Below are positions 36,803-46,625 of a DNA stretch of 64,000 nt, one piece after another. Location of the stretch: the NCBI GenBank assembly GCA_036268375.1, contig DATAUH010000080.1, forward strand, positions 2,706 through 66,705. Direction: 5' to 3'. This stretch comes from Bryobacteraceae bacterium. GTDB taxonomy: Bacteria > Acidobacteriota > Terriglobia > Bryobacterales > Bryobacteraceae. How positions within the stretch are numbered: position 1 is the stretch's first letter; the number at the start of each line of letters is the position of its first letter. The position numbers were made by a program, and so were the translations under genes. The notes beneath the pieces were generated by a model, which was given only the letters and a program-made list of their open reading frames with translations, made no database searches and was not told the origin of the DNA.

Positions 36803-37390
36803 ATGAATGCGATGCTTACCCGCGAACAAGCTTGGGAGTTGCTCTGCGAATTCACGAAATCGGAGGGTCTGCGCAAACACGCGCTGGCCGTTGAAACCTG
36901 CGTCGCCGCCTACGCGCGTAAACGGGGCGAAGACGAGCCCAAATGGGCGCTCACCGCGCTGTTGCACGATTTCGACTGGGAGATTCACCCCACGCTCGAA
37001 GAGCATCCGCAAAAAGGCGAAGCCATTCTGGCCGAGCGGGGCGTGGAAGAAGAAATTCGCCGCGCCATTCTCTCTCACGCCAACCACACAGACGTTCCGC
37101 GTGTCAGCCCACTCGAAAAAACGCTCTACGCCTGCGACGAATTGGCTGGATTTATCACAGCAATTTCGTACGTGAAGCCGCATCGCAGCGTTTTCGAGGT
37201 CGACACCGCCTCGGTCAAGAAAAAGATGAAGGACAAAGCCTTCGCGCGTTCGGTAAACCGTCAGGACATCGTGGAAGGCGCGCAGGAACTGGGAATTCCG
37301 CTTGAGGAGCACATTGAGTTCTGCATCAAGGCGATGCAGGATCGCGCCGAAGAATTAGGCCTCAAGGGCGCGATGGATGCGGGTGCGTAG
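36803..37390 (+). CDS. HD-domain hydrolase
   Basis: It has LRKHALAVE...ALLHDFDWE (an HD dyad). The start is placed at ATG 36803. Confidence 0.7.
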   Translation: MNAMLTREQAWELLCEFTKSEGLRKHALAVETCVAAYARKRGEDEPKWALTALLHDFDWEIHPTLEEHPQKGEAILAERGVEEEIRRAILSHANHTDVPRVSPLEKTLYACDELAGFITAISYVKPHRSVFEVDTASVKKKMKDKAFARSVNRQDIVEGAQELGIPLEEHIEFCIKAMQDRAEELGLKGAMDAGA

Positions 37391-38404
37391 CCACCGGTTC
37401 GCCGGCTCCTCGACGCAGCAATAGACCAGCACGGAAAGGCCAACCACAATCGATAGATAGACTACGGCCGAGAATCCGTGCGACCACCGCAAATACCACC
37501 ACAGCAGCGGCACGTGCAGAATGTACATCGCATAGCTCGATTTGCCTAAGTAGACGACCACCGGGGACGAAAGCGCCTGCGCGATTGCGCCACCGCCCAA
37601 CGCCAGTCCGATCAGTAGCAGAGCATTAATCGGCCGGAGCGCGGTGTTGAGATCCACGAATGAAGGAAGCGCTGCCGGAAACGCGATCAGCGCCGCGGCG
37701 ATGGCAAATCCGGGAACATACAGCCACGCGCCCGCAGGCGGTTTCCTGACTTCCAACAAACCAAACGCGCAGGCCGCCGCGATTCCCATCAGAAAATCCG
37801 AAAGGTGTACCAGGGGCTTGATATCGTCCGAAACACCGAAGCGCCACATCACACGCGTCAGGCAGCAGGCAAATGCCGCGATCGCGACGGTGTTGAACCA
37901 GTTCGCGCGCTGGATCCAAACCGCAGCCAACGGGAACGCCAGGTAGAAAAACAGTTCGCACGAGAGCGACCACGCGGGCGTGTTCCAACTCACCGGCAAA
38001 TGCCCCAGCCAGCCCTGCAACAAGAACCCGTGCACCGCCACCAGGTGAGTCTTTCCCGGCGTTCGATCTTCTGCGATAAACGGCGCCACCACCAGAAGGC
38101 TCAGCGCGTACACCGGATAAATTCGCGCCAGTCGTCCGGCGCCGTAGCGCACCACGTTGCGGCCCGTCCATTCGGTCTTCGCATAACTGCGCGCTAATAC
38201 GAATCCCGACAGCACGAAAAACGTGGTCACCGCCAGATATCCTCCACGGATCAATGCATACGCGAACGGCGGTAGCACGTGCATCTGCCCGTCCAACTCG
38301 GCGCCAGGCCCCGTCAGGTGATGCAGGATCACCCACAGCGCCAGCACGAAGCGCAAACCGGTGAGCGCCGGCAAATGTTCGCGCGCGTTAGCCACCTTGG
38401 GCAT
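37355..38404 (-). CDS. Acyltransferase family 3 membrane protein (OafA-like)
   Basis: The ORF is 349 aa with LPALTGLRFVLALWVILHH and about 10 TM spans. Its 3' end overlaps the convergent HD gene by 36 nt. Confidence 0.75.
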   Translation of the reverse strand: MPKVANAREHLPALTGLRFVLALWVILHHLTGPGAELDGQMHVLPPFAYALIRGGYLAVTTFFVLSGFVLARSYAKTEWTGRNVVRYGAGRLARIYPVYALSLLVVAPFIAEDRTPGKTHLVAVHGFLLQGWLGHLPVSWNTPAWSLSCELFFYLAFPLAAVWIQRANWFNTVAIAAFACCLTRVMWRFGVSDDIKPLVHLSDFLMGIAAACAFGLLEVRKPPAGAWLYVPGFAIAAALIAFPAALPSFVDLNTALRPINALLLIGLALGGGAIAQALSSPVVVYLGKSSYAMYILHVPLLWWYLRWSHGFSAVVYLSIVVGLSVLVYCCVEEPANRWLRTRIHRALEA

Positions 38405-38786
38405 CCGGTTTGCCCGTACCGGCCCGGTCGTTCGCGTCCGTCGAAACCGTGTCCGCCAAGTCCACTTGATCCTCCGTCGCTCCTACGCTCGGGTCGGTCG
38501 ATCGTGGAGCCTCCGTTTTTCCCGGCCGGTATCCTTCCGGGTAACGCTCGACGACAAGCGTGAAGTTCGCCACCATCCCCGCGATGGTCGCCACAGCCGC
38601 CACCACCGGCGCGGCAATCACGCCCACCGTTGCAACGGTCAAGGGAATCTCCATGAACGTGTGTCCGTGCTCATCCTTCACGATGATGCGCCGTACGTTG
38701 CCTTCGTGAATGAGATCTTTGATCTTCGATGAAAGATCCTTCCCGTGCACTTTGAACTGCTCAAACAAGCTGTCCAGTCGATTCAT
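38388..38786 (-). CDS. DUF4342-like small membrane-associated protein
   Basis: The ORF is 132 aa. It reads IKDLIHEGNVRRIIVKDEHGHTFMEIPLTVATVGVIAAPVVAAVATIAGMV, followed by an acidic, disordered tail. Confidence 0.6.
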   Translation of the reverse strand: MNRLDSLFEQFKVHGKDLSSKIKDLIHEGNVRRIIVKDEHGHTFMEIPLTVATVGVIAAPVVAAVATIAGMVANFTLVVERYPEGYRPGKTEAPRSTDPSVGATEDQVDLADTVSTDANDRAGTGKPDAQGG

Positions 38787-38839
38787 ACTTGTATTATCTC
38801 GTGTTGGGCGCCCCAGCCAAATCGTTTACCCTTTTCTCC

Positions 38840-38868
38840 TTGACAGCTTAGGAAACGCGGCATATTCT
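38840..38868 (+). promoter_or_regulatory. Candidate sigma-70 promoter for the padR-permease operon, with an overlapping inverted repeat
   Basis: TTGACA lies at 38840-38845, then a 17-nt spacer, then TATTCT at 38863-38868. The inverted repeat ttagga (38848-53) / tcctaa (38868-73) brackets the -10. A GAGGAG SD lies 5 nt before the ATG. Confidence 0.35.
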
Positions 38869-38889
38869 CCTAAATAGCTGAGGAGAGCC

Positions 38890-39231
38890 ATGCCGCCGTC
38901 CGCCGATCTTTTGCCGGGAACGCTCGATTTGTTAATTTTGAAAGCCGTCTCACTCGGTCCCGCACACGGTTACGGCGTGCTCCTGCGTATCGGCCAGATC
39001 TCGGGGGGCGCCCTCGAAATCGAACAGGGCGCGCTCTACCCCGCGCTTTTTCGCTTGGAACGTCAGGCGCTGCTTTCAGCGGAGTGGGGAGTATCCGAAA
39101 ACAACCGTCGCGCCAAGTTCTATTCGCTCACTGCCGCCGGCAGAAAGCGCCTCCGCCAGGAAACCGCCGGTTGGGAGCGATTAGTCAACGCTATGGGGTG
39201 CGCGCTCAAGACGCGTCCGAAGGAGGTTTAA
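38890..39231 (+). CDS. PadR family transcriptional regulator
   Basis: The ORF is 113 aa and reads LLPGTLDLLILKAVSLGPAHGYGVLLRI...GALYPALFRLERQALL...RRAKFYSLTAAGRKRL. Confidence 0.9.
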   Translation: MPPSADLLPGTLDLLILKAVSLGPAHGYGVLLRIGQISGGALEIEQGALYPALFRLERQALLSAEWGVSENNRRAKFYSLTAAGRKRLRQETAGWERLVNAMGCALKTRPKEV

Positions 39232-39232
39232 C

Positions 39233-41872
39233 GTGCTGCGGCCTTTGCGCAATGTGTGGCGGGCGCTACGCCACAGGACCCAATGGGAAACCGATCTCGA
39301 TGATGAACTGCGCTCCCATGTCGAACACCGCACGATGGATTTGATGCGCGCCGGCGTGTCGCCGCAAGAGGCCGAGCGCCGTGCCCGTCTCGAATTCGGC
39401 TCACGCGACGCCTACAAAGACGAATGCCGCCATTCCTATGGCTTGCAGTGGTTCGAAGGCATATGGCAAGACGTGCGCTATGCCCTTCGCGCGCTTCGCC
39501 GCTCGCCTGGTTTCACGGCTGTGGCTGTGCTATCGCTCGCGCTTGGCGTAGGCGCGAACACGGCGGTCTTCGGCGTTATCGACGCCTTAGTGCTTCGCCC
39601 GCTGCCCGTCAAATCGCCGGAGCGCCTGACCTTTGTAGAGCCCACCACGCACTCCTATCCCGCTTATCGCGACCTTCGTGACCGCAACACCACCTTTAGC
39701 CAACTCTTCGCCTACCGTGCCTCTCCGATCGGGCTGGGGGCCGATGAATCCACGGCGCGCGTTTGGGGCTACCTCGCCAGCGGCAATTACTTCGACGCGT
39801 TGGGCATTCAGCCGTTCATCGGACGCCTTTTCCATCCCGCGGACGATGCCGCGCCCGGCGCTTCACCCATTGCGGTTCTGAGCTACGAGTGCTGGCGCAG
39901 CCGCTTTAACGCGGACCCCTCCATTACGGGACGCGAAATCCGGCTGAACAACCATCCGTACTCGATCATCGGCGTCGCGCCCATCGGTTTCCACGGTGTC
40001 GAGAATATCTATTTCCCAGACGTGTGGGTTCCCATGTCCATGCAGGCCGAGATCGAAGAGCGTCCATGGCTGGAGGAGCGTTCCACGAAAGACTGCGAAG
40101 TCGCGGGCCGTTTGAAACCGGGCGTCACGCCATTGCAAGCCGAAGCCAATCTCCGCGCCATCGCTTCGGACGTCGCGCGCCAGTATCCTCAAACGGAATC
40201 CGGCGTCGATGTTCGCCTCACCAAATTGGGCCTCCTGGGACAAACGTTGCGCCGCCCGCTCGAAGCCTTCTCGTTGGGTGTCATTCTGTTGTCCGCGTTG
40301 GTGTTCCTGGCGGCGTGCGCGAATCTCGCCAGCTTAGTCGCAGCCCGTGCTGCCGACCGCGGCTTTGAACTCGCCATTCGCGTCTCGATCGGTGCGGCCC
40401 GCAGCCGCATCGTCCGGCAGCTTGCCACCGAGGCTTGCGTCATCGCACTCGCCGGCGGTGTTGCTGGCTGCCTGCTGGCAGATTTCATTTTGCGGGCCTT
40501 GGGCAGCATTGCGTCCGAAGAGATTCCCATCCGCGTAGACACTCACCTCAATCTCATCGTCTTGCTGTTCGCATTCGCGGCAGTTACAATCGCGGCGCTG
40601 CTGTTCGGAATCGCGCCCGTTCGTCAGGCGTTTGCCGCCAGTCCCAGCGGAACTCTGCGCGCCGGATCGCAAGGCGCCGGGCTGCTTCGCGCGCACCGCT
40701 GGCCTGTTCGCGAAATCCTGCTTTCCGCGCAAGTCGCTCTCTGCTGCGTGTTGGTCACCGCCTGCTTCGTGTCTGTGCAAGGCGCGCGCCGCGCGTTTCA
40801 GATGCCCGTCGGAATCGATCCACAAAACGTCGCGGTGTCGGGCTTCGATCTCGGTTTAGCGCGTTATTCGCCAGCCACTGGCGAATCCTTCCAACGCCGT
40901 GCTCTCGACGCCGCATCGCGCATCCCTGGCGTTACCGCCGCCGCGTTCGCCGATTCCTTCCCGCTCGGCATCGATCAATCGACGAACGCCGTCTACGGTC
41001 CGCGCGAGACAGACTTTCGCTCTTCGAATGCGATCGGGACCAGCCACTACAATGTCTCGCCTGGCTTCTTCGCCGCCATCGGAACTCACCTGTTGGAAGG
41101 CCGCGATTTCGATTGGCACGACAATCGAACGACTCCGCGCGTAGCCATCGTCAATCGCGCTTTTGCGCGAAAGGTGCTGGGCTCGGAGCACGCCGCCGGC
41201 CTCTACTATTTCGGTTTCGGCGGCAAGACGATGCGTATTCAAGTGGTCGGCATGGTCGAAGACGGCAAGTACCAATCTCTTACGGAAGACCCGCGTCCCG
41301 CCCTGTTTACGCCCATGCTGCAGCAATACAACGGAACTACATATCTCTTGGCCCGTTCCGCGCGGCCCGCGCAAGCTGTCGCGCGTGAGATGGAAGCCGC
41401 TATTCGCACGCTCGATCGGCGCCTGCCGCAATATAGCGTCGGACCTTTGGCGCATCTGCTCGCCCTCGCATACTTGCAAGCGCGCGCTGCCGCCTGGTGC
41501 TTGAGCGCCTTCGGCATCCTTGCGGTTATGCTCGCGATCACCGGCATCTACGGACTCACCGCTTACACCGTCAGCCGCCGCGTGCGTGAGATCGGCATTC
41601 GCATCGCCATCGGTGCGCAGCCACGCCAGGTAATTGGCGCGGTGTTGGGGCGTATGGGCGTGATTGTTGGAGCCGGCGCGCTCACCGGAATCGCGGGAGG
41701 CGTCGTCAGCGCAACCATCCTTGCTCATGTAGTTGCACAGGCCGTTCCGGGAGATCCTTTGGTGCTCGGCGGCGTTGCGGCGACAATGATCTTGACCGCG
41801 CTGATATCCTGTTGGGCCCCGGCTCGCCGGGCGATTTCGATCGACCCGCTGACCGCGTTGCGCAGCGAATGA
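39233..41872 (+). CDS. Duplicated orphan MacB-like permease (ADOP family)
   Basis: The ORF is 879 aa with a GTG start 1 nt after the padR stop. It has an N-terminal charged leader (ELRSHVEHRTMDLMRAGVSPQEAERRARLEFG), then WQDVRYALRALRRSPGFTAVAVLSLALGVGANTAVF. It ends with ...ISIDPLTALRSE. Confidence 0.85.
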   Translation: MLRPLRNVWRALRHRTQWETDLDDELRSHVEHRTMDLMRAGVSPQEAERRARLEFGSRDAYKDECRHSYGLQWFEGIWQDVRYALRALRRSPGFTAVAVLSLALGVGANTAVFGVIDALVLRPLPVKSPERLTFVEPTTHSYPAYRDLRDRNTTFSQLFAYRASPIGLGADESTARVWGYLASGNYFDALGIQPFIGRLFHPADDAAPGASPIAVLSYECWRSRFNADPSITGREIRLNNHPYSIIGVAPIGFHGVENIYFPDVWVPMSMQAEIEERPWLEERSTKDCEVAGRLKPGVTPLQAEANLRAIASDVARQYPQTESGVDVRLTKLGLLGQTLRRPLEAFSLGVILLSALVFLAACANLASLVAARAADRGFELAIRVSIGAARSRIVRQLATEACVIALAGGVAGCLLADFILRALGSIASEEIPIRVDTHLNLIVLLFAFAAVTIAALLFGIAPVRQAFAASPSGTLRAGSQGAGLLRAHRWPVREILLSAQVALCCVLVTACFVSVQGARRAFQMPVGIDPQNVAVSGFDLGLARYSPATGESFQRRALDAASRIPGVTAAAFADSFPLGIDQSTNAVYGPRETDFRSSNAIGTSHYNVSPGFFAAIGTHLLEGRDFDWHDNRTTPRVAIVNRAFARKVLGSEHAAGLYYFGFGGKTMRIQVVGMVEDGKYQSLTEDPRPALFTPMLQQYNGTTYLLARSARPAQAVAREMEAAIRTLDRRLPQYSVGPLAHLLALAYLQARAAAWCLSAFGILAVMLAITGIYGLTAYTVSRRVREIGIRIAIGAQPRQVIGAVLGRMGVIVGAGALTGIAGGVVSATILAHVVAQAVPGDPLVLGGVAATMILTALISCWAPARRAISIDPLTALRSE

Positions 41873-41879
41873 AGGGGCG

Positions 41880-42401
41880 TTACTCGCGGCCCTGCTGGCC
41901 TTGCTCTTCGGGTGCAGCAACCTGCGTGGGCATCGCGTCGTGCCTTGGTCCCAACCCCAGTGCGATCAGAGATAGCGAATTGATCTTGCCCGTCGCGTCC
42001 AGGTTCTGCTCCGCCTGGAACCGCTTCAGCGCTTCGATTGAATCGTTGTCCCACGCGCCCGTGGCCTGCTCCGCCTGCAAATAGCCCTTCGCTGCCAGCG
42101 CCTGCTGGATTTCGCGATAGCGGTCGGAAGTGGGTGCAAGCTGTCGTGTCCGCCATGTCGCACGCGTCACCGGAGGTGTATGTCGTTTCCGGTTTGCGGC
42201 AGTGGTCCCGGACTTGTGCGTTCCGGCCGTCCCCGTCTTAGCATTGGCGCTCGGAGTGGACTTTGCGCCGGCAGCCTTGTGCACCGTCGCCGATTTTTGC
42301 TCGGCGGTCGCTGTCTTCTTCTTAGCGGTGGGGTTTGTTGCCCCAGTTGCGGCAGCGGCAAGCATGCTTACAGCTGCGGCCATAGCCAAAAAGTTACGCA
42401 T
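41880..42401 (-). CDS. Secreted peptidoglycan-binding-domain protein
   Basis: The signal peptide is MRNFLAMAAAVSMLAAAATG. A Lys/Thr/Ala-rich spacer follows. The C-terminal part reads IQQALAAKGYLQAEQATGAWDNDSIEALKRFQAEQNLDATGKIN, which looks like PG_binding_1. Confidence 0.65.
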   Translation of the reverse strand: MRNFLAMAAAVSMLAAAATGATNPTAKKKTATAEQKSATVHKAAGAKSTPSANAKTGTAGTHKSGTTAANRKRHTPPVTRATWRTRQLAPTSDRYREIQQALAAKGYLQAEQATGAWDNDSIEALKRFQAEQNLDATGKINSLSLIALGLGPRHDAMPTQVAAPEEQGQQGRE

Positions 42402-42440
42402 GTTGTAATCCTCGATTCTACCGCACTTGCAACAGTACGT

Positions 42441-43397
42441 TCATTCTTCTTCCACCAGGCTTAGGATCGTCCTCGGCGAATTTCCCTCGAAGCGGTTGTT
42501 CACAAAAATGATCAGCGTCTCTTTTTTCTCTTTCGCGCGCCCAATCAACGCTCGCATCGACGCGCGCGCCTCCGGATTCGGATCGCGAATCTCGCTGTAC
42601 GGCTGAAACGTCGCCACCGCCTGCTCATAACTCCGTCCGAAGCGCAGCAGCGCCCGGCTCACCAGAAAGTCGGTCGTTTCGGAGTCGGGAATTGCCATCT
42701 GTTGTCGCAGTTCCGGCATGCGTGTCCATGCATTATACACATGCGCAACGCGATGGTTACGTAAGCAGGAAAAATAGTCCGGCGCCAGGAACTCCGCGTT
42801 GCGAATCTCCACTGCGTAACGAAAGTCCGGCGGCAGTGAGGCCAAAAACGCATCCAACCGATCCAGAAACGAAGGTAAATCTTCAAACGCGCGCTGGCTG
42901 AAGGTCCCAAATTCCAAAATCAGCAGGGCTATTCGATCTCGATACGGCATCAAAGGCCGCAGAAACATCTCCTGCATCATGCGCGCGCTCAAAAAATCGT
43001 CGTTTTCCTTGCCGGAATGCGGTCCGTAGCGCGCGTGGGCCGGATAAACCTTGCACGTAATCTGCTCCGGCACTTTAAACGCAAATTGAAAGCCCTCCGG
43101 CACTCGTCCAAATAGATCGCGCCAGAAAGCTTCGCTGGGAAATTGATAAAACGCGAAATCGCCACACACAATCGGGAAGGTCTCCGCGTATTCGCGCAGA
43201 CACTCGCGCTCGAAAGCCTGCCGCGAAAACTTGCCGCGCGACAGATAACGCTCTCGCGAGTAAATCTGCCCCAGCCATCCCTCGTACTTCCAGGAACTAC
43301 CCCCGATAAAAATCTTCTGCTCGGCTAGCTTACGGAGTTTTTCAGCCAACAGATCGCGATCGAAGCCGTCCGGCTCATCGAAGAGCGAACCTACCAC
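42441..43397 (-). CDS. DUF72 family protein
   Basis: The ORF is 318 aa with IFIGGSSWKYEGWLGQIY and FAFYQFPS patterns. It overlaps the ggt stop by 7 nt. Confidence 0.7.
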   Translation of the reverse strand: MVGSLFDEPDGFDRDLLAEKLRKLAEQKIFIGGSSWKYEGWLGQIYSRERYLSRGKFSRQAFERECLREYAETFPIVCGDFAFYQFPSEAFWRDLFGRVPEGFQFAFKVPEQITCKVYPAHARYGPHSGKENDDFLSARMMQEMFLRPLMPYRDRIALLILEFGTFSQRAFEDLPSFLDRLDAFLASLPPDFRYAVEIRNAEFLAPDYFSCLRNHRVAHVYNAWTRMPELRQQMAIPDSETTDFLVSRALLRFGRSYEQAVATFQPYSEIRDPNPEARASMRALIGRAKEKKETLIIFVNNRFEGNSPRTILSLVEEE

Positions 43398-45214
43398 GCC
43401 TGCGACGCCCGGAAATAGAAAGGATCCGCCCCCGCCTCGATCAATCCTGTGGGATGCAGCCGGATCAGCACAGGGGCAGTCCCACTGTCGTACCGCGACT
43501 TCACCGTTATCTTGTGCCCGCGCTTTCCCAGGTCTGCCGCCACTTCGGACGGAATCCGCTCATCCAGATAAAGCGATCCCGGCGCCATTGCGTGATTGTC
43601 GAAGCTCTTTACCAGATGCTCGGTCTGGAAACGCGGCATCTCCACCGCATTCTCGGCATTCTGACTCCACAGAATGGAATCGAACAGCACCTGTAGCAAG
43701 CCCTGGTCCTGGTCATCCCCTCCCGGTGTTGAAAGCGCCAGCAGATTTCCGTCCGGGTTCGTCACCAGCGTCGGGCTCAGCGTTACGCGCGGGCGCTTGC
43801 CTGGCGCCAATTCGTTGGGATGTCCCGGCACCAGCAAAAAGCTCTGCGCGCGCTCCGTAAGCTCAATTCCCGTATCGCCGACAATCACCGACGGCAGCCA
43901 TGCGCCCGATGGCGTAATCGAGATCGCCACGCCGTTCTTGTCGACCGCGTCCACGCACGTAGTGTCCTTTGCCAGCAACGCCGGGTTCAGATCGCGATGC
44001 GGAATGTGCGCGAAAAATGGATGCTTGGGCGGATTCGGTTCCACATTTCCCGGCCGAAAATCCATTGATGCGTCATGCCCGATCTGCTTCGCCCGCTCGG
44101 CCCCGTACTCCTTCGAAAGCAACCGCTCCGCCGGGATCTTACTGAACTTAGGATCGCCATAGTAAGTATCGCGATCCGCATAAGCTAACTTCAGCGCCTC
44201 AATTACCGTATGAACATACTCCGGCGAGTTAAAACCCATGGCGCTCAAATCGAAATTACCCAGGATGTTCAGCGTTTCGATCATCGCCGGACCCTGGCTC
44301 CAAAATCCGGGCTTGTAAACCGTATATCCATGAAAGGTCGTCGAAACGGCCTCTTCGGGCGCCACGTGAAACGCCGCCATGTCCTCATACCGCATCAAGC
44401 CGCCGTTCGCCTTCATAAAGGCGTCAATCTTGTGCGCGATCTCTCCTCGATAAAAGTAGTCGCGCACCGCATCCATAGCCTTTTCACGAGACGCGCCGCC
44501 CGCCAGAGCCTTCTTCTCCACTTCCGCCATCGCGCGCAACGTACGCGCTAAGTCCGGCTGCCGGAAAATGTCGCCGGCTCTCGGCGGCTGCCCGCCTGGG
44601 AGAAAAACCTTGCGCGACGTGGGCCATTTCGCCAGCCACTGCACGTCGCTGCGAATCGTTCCGGCGCGAAATTCGTCAATCGGGAATCCATCCGCTAATT
44701 CGATCGCCGGTTCCACAGCGTCGGAGAAAGATTTCGTCCCGAAATTCTCCAGCGTCACCAGCGCCGCATCCACCATTCCCGGCACCACTGCGGAAAGCAC
44801 CCCAATCACGGGCACCCAATCTTTCAATCCACCCGGCTCCGGCGGGTCTTGAATCTCGTCGTCGGTCTTCTGATGCTTGCGAAAAAAGTCGGCGGTGGCC
44901 AACTTGGGCATCGTGCCGACGCCTGCGATCGCAAACACCTTGCCTTCCTTCGTGCGCACTAAGATCGGCGCTTCTCCTCCCACTCCGAAATGCGAAAACT
45001 CAGTCACCGATGCGGCCAACATCGCCGCGATACCCGCATCCACCGCATTGCCTCCGGCATAAAACATCCGCATGCCGGCCTCAGTGGCATACTCCGTACC
45101 GCCCGCCACCGCGCCGCGCGTCCCGCGCGAAGGAAACCGGACGGGCCGCTGACCACGCTGCGCAAAAGCCAACAACGCCACTGCCGCGGTCAGGAGTAGA
45201 ATTCGGAGTTTCAT
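43391..45214 (-). CDS. ggt: Gamma-glutamyltransferase
   Basis: The ORF is 607 aa with a signal peptide. The autoprocessing-site region reads DTTCVDAVDKNGVAISITPSG. The small-subunit region has TPGGDDQDQ. Confidence 0.85.
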   Translation of the reverse strand: MKLRILLLTAAVALLAFAQRGQRPVRFPSRGTRGAVAGGTEYATEAGMRMFYAGGNAVDAGIAAMLAASVTEFSHFGVGGEAPILVRTKEGKVFAIAGVGTMPKLATADFFRKHQKTDDEIQDPPEPGGLKDWVPVIGVLSAVVPGMVDAALVTLENFGTKSFSDAVEPAIELADGFPIDEFRAGTIRSDVQWLAKWPTSRKVFLPGGQPPRAGDIFRQPDLARTLRAMAEVEKKALAGGASREKAMDAVRDYFYRGEIAHKIDAFMKANGGLMRYEDMAAFHVAPEEAVSTTFHGYTVYKPGFWSQGPAMIETLNILGNFDLSAMGFNSPEYVHTVIEALKLAYADRDTYYGDPKFSKIPAERLLSKEYGAERAKQIGHDASMDFRPGNVEPNPPKHPFFAHIPHRDLNPALLAKDTTCVDAVDKNGVAISITPSGAWLPSVIVGDTGIELTERAQSFLLVPGHPNELAPGKRPRVTLSPTLVTNPDGNLLALSTPGGDDQDQGLLQVLFDSILWSQNAENAVEMPRFQTEHLVKSFDNHAMAPGSLYLDERIPSEVAADLGKRGHKITVKSRYDSGTAPVLIRLHPTGLIEAGADPFYFRASQAW

Positions 45215-45305
45215 AGGATGCCTTTAGTATAATTTGGTCATCTCCGTGGATAGAGCGCAAGAAGAGCCGGCGGCCGAAAGCACTCCCGCTTCGCACGACG
45301 AGCCG

Positions 45306-45407
45306 ATGCTGTATTGCCCCGTCTGTTCCATGCGCCTCACCCCGCGCAAGTGCAAGTTGCTGTGCGAACGCTGCGGCTATTACATGAGCTGCGCAGATTA
45401 CTACTAA
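45306..45407 (+). CDS. Candidate 33-aa zinc-ribbon micro-protein
   Basis: The product reads MLYCPVCSMRLTPRKCKLLCERCGYYMSCADYY, with two CxxC pairs. About 80 percent of third positions are G/C, as in neighbouring genes. It is below the ORF-track length cut-off. An in-frame GTG at 45246 would give 53 aa. A TATAAT sits at 45226-45231. Confidence 0.35.
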   Translation: MLYCPVCSMRLTPRKCKLLCERCGYYMSCADYY

Positions 45408-45417
45408 CGAGAAAATC

Positions 45418-46536
45418 ATGACCGTAAAAGCTCCCAAGCGGCTGTTGTTCGGCCCCGGGCCTAGTCCCGTGGCGCCTCGAGTTTATGAAGCCATGCAGCA
45501 GAACGTGGTCGGCCATCTCGATCCGTTTTTCCTGCAGACTGCGCGCGAAGTTCGCACCCTTTTGGGCCCCGTCTTCTCCACTTCCAATGAGTTCAACCTG
45601 GCGCTTTCTGGAACTGGCAGCTCCGGCATGGAGGCGGCTGTCGCCAACTTCACCGAACCCGGAACCAAATTCGCGCTGCTCACCAACGGCTTCTTCGGCG
45701 ATCGCATCGGCGAGATCGCCGGCCGTCAGGGCGGGGAACTCGTGACGCTGAAGAAGCCCTGGGGCGAGCCCTTCGACCCGCAGGAGGCGCGCGAATTCAT
45801 CCGCCGCGAGCGTCCGCAGATCGTCGCCTTCGTTCAGGCCGAAACCTCCACCGGCATGTTCAACCACGCGAAGCCCATCTGCGAAGCCGCACACGAAGTG
45901 GACGCGCTCACCATCGCCGATTGCGTCACCTCGTTGGGCGGCATGCCCGTCAAAGTGGATGAAAACGGCATCGACATCGCGTATAGCTGTACGCAGAAAG
46001 GTCTCGGCTGCCCTCCGGGTCTCGCGCCCATCACCGTTTCGCCGCGCGCGCTGGATCGCCTGAAGCATCGCCACAAGCCCGTACAGTCGTGGTATCTCGA
46101 TCTGCTTCTGATCGATGCGTTTTATAGCGGTGGCAAATACCACCACACCGCATCGGCCACAATGTTCTATGCTCTGCGCGAAGCTCTCGCAATCGTCGAA
46201 GAAGAAGGCGTCGAAAAACGTTGGGAGCGTCACCAGCGCAATCACCGGGCGTTCGTTGAAGGCATCGAAGCCATGGGCCTGCAGATGTTCGTCCCCGATC
46301 CCGCCAATCGGCTTTGGACGCTCAACACGCCGCGCGTTCCCGATGGCATCGACGATGCCAAGGTTCGCAAATACCTGCTGGAGGAGCGAGGCATGGAGAT
46401 CTCCGGTGGTTTCGGCCCCCTGGCAGGCAAGGTGTTCCGCATCGGGCTGATGGGCTACGGCTCACAGGCGGAGAACGTCGGGCTGGTCCTCGATGCGCTA
46501 AAAGACGCGCTCAAGCAGCAGGGCTATAAGTCGTAA
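45418..46536 (+). CDS. Class V PLP aminotransferase (alanine-glyoxylate / serine-pyruvate type)
   Basis: The ORF is 372 aa with LLFGPGPSPV and GTGSSGMEAAV. The PLP-lysine region reads YSCTQKGLG. Confidence 0.8.
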   Translation: MTVKAPKRLLFGPGPSPVAPRVYEAMQQNVVGHLDPFFLQTAREVRTLLGPVFSTSNEFNLALSGTGSSGMEAAVANFTEPGTKFALLTNGFFGDRIGEIAGRQGGELVTLKKPWGEPFDPQEAREFIRRERPQIVAFVQAETSTGMFNHAKPICEAAHEVDALTIADCVTSLGGMPVKVDENGIDIAYSCTQKGLGCPPGLAPITVSPRALDRLKHRHKPVQSWYLDLLLIDAFYSGGKYHHTASATMFYALREALAIVEEEGVEKRWERHQRNHRAFVEGIEAMGLQMFVPDPANRLWTLNTPRVPDGIDDAKVRKYLLEERGMEISGGFGPLAGKVFRIGLMGYGSQAENVGLVLDALKDALKQQGYKS

Positions 46537-46625
46537 AGCCGCCTCCACAACATCCCGCTCGGCGATCGTCTGCATGATATCCAGTTAACGGTCTACCCCG
46601 GCTACACCGTGCATTTTCCGCACTG

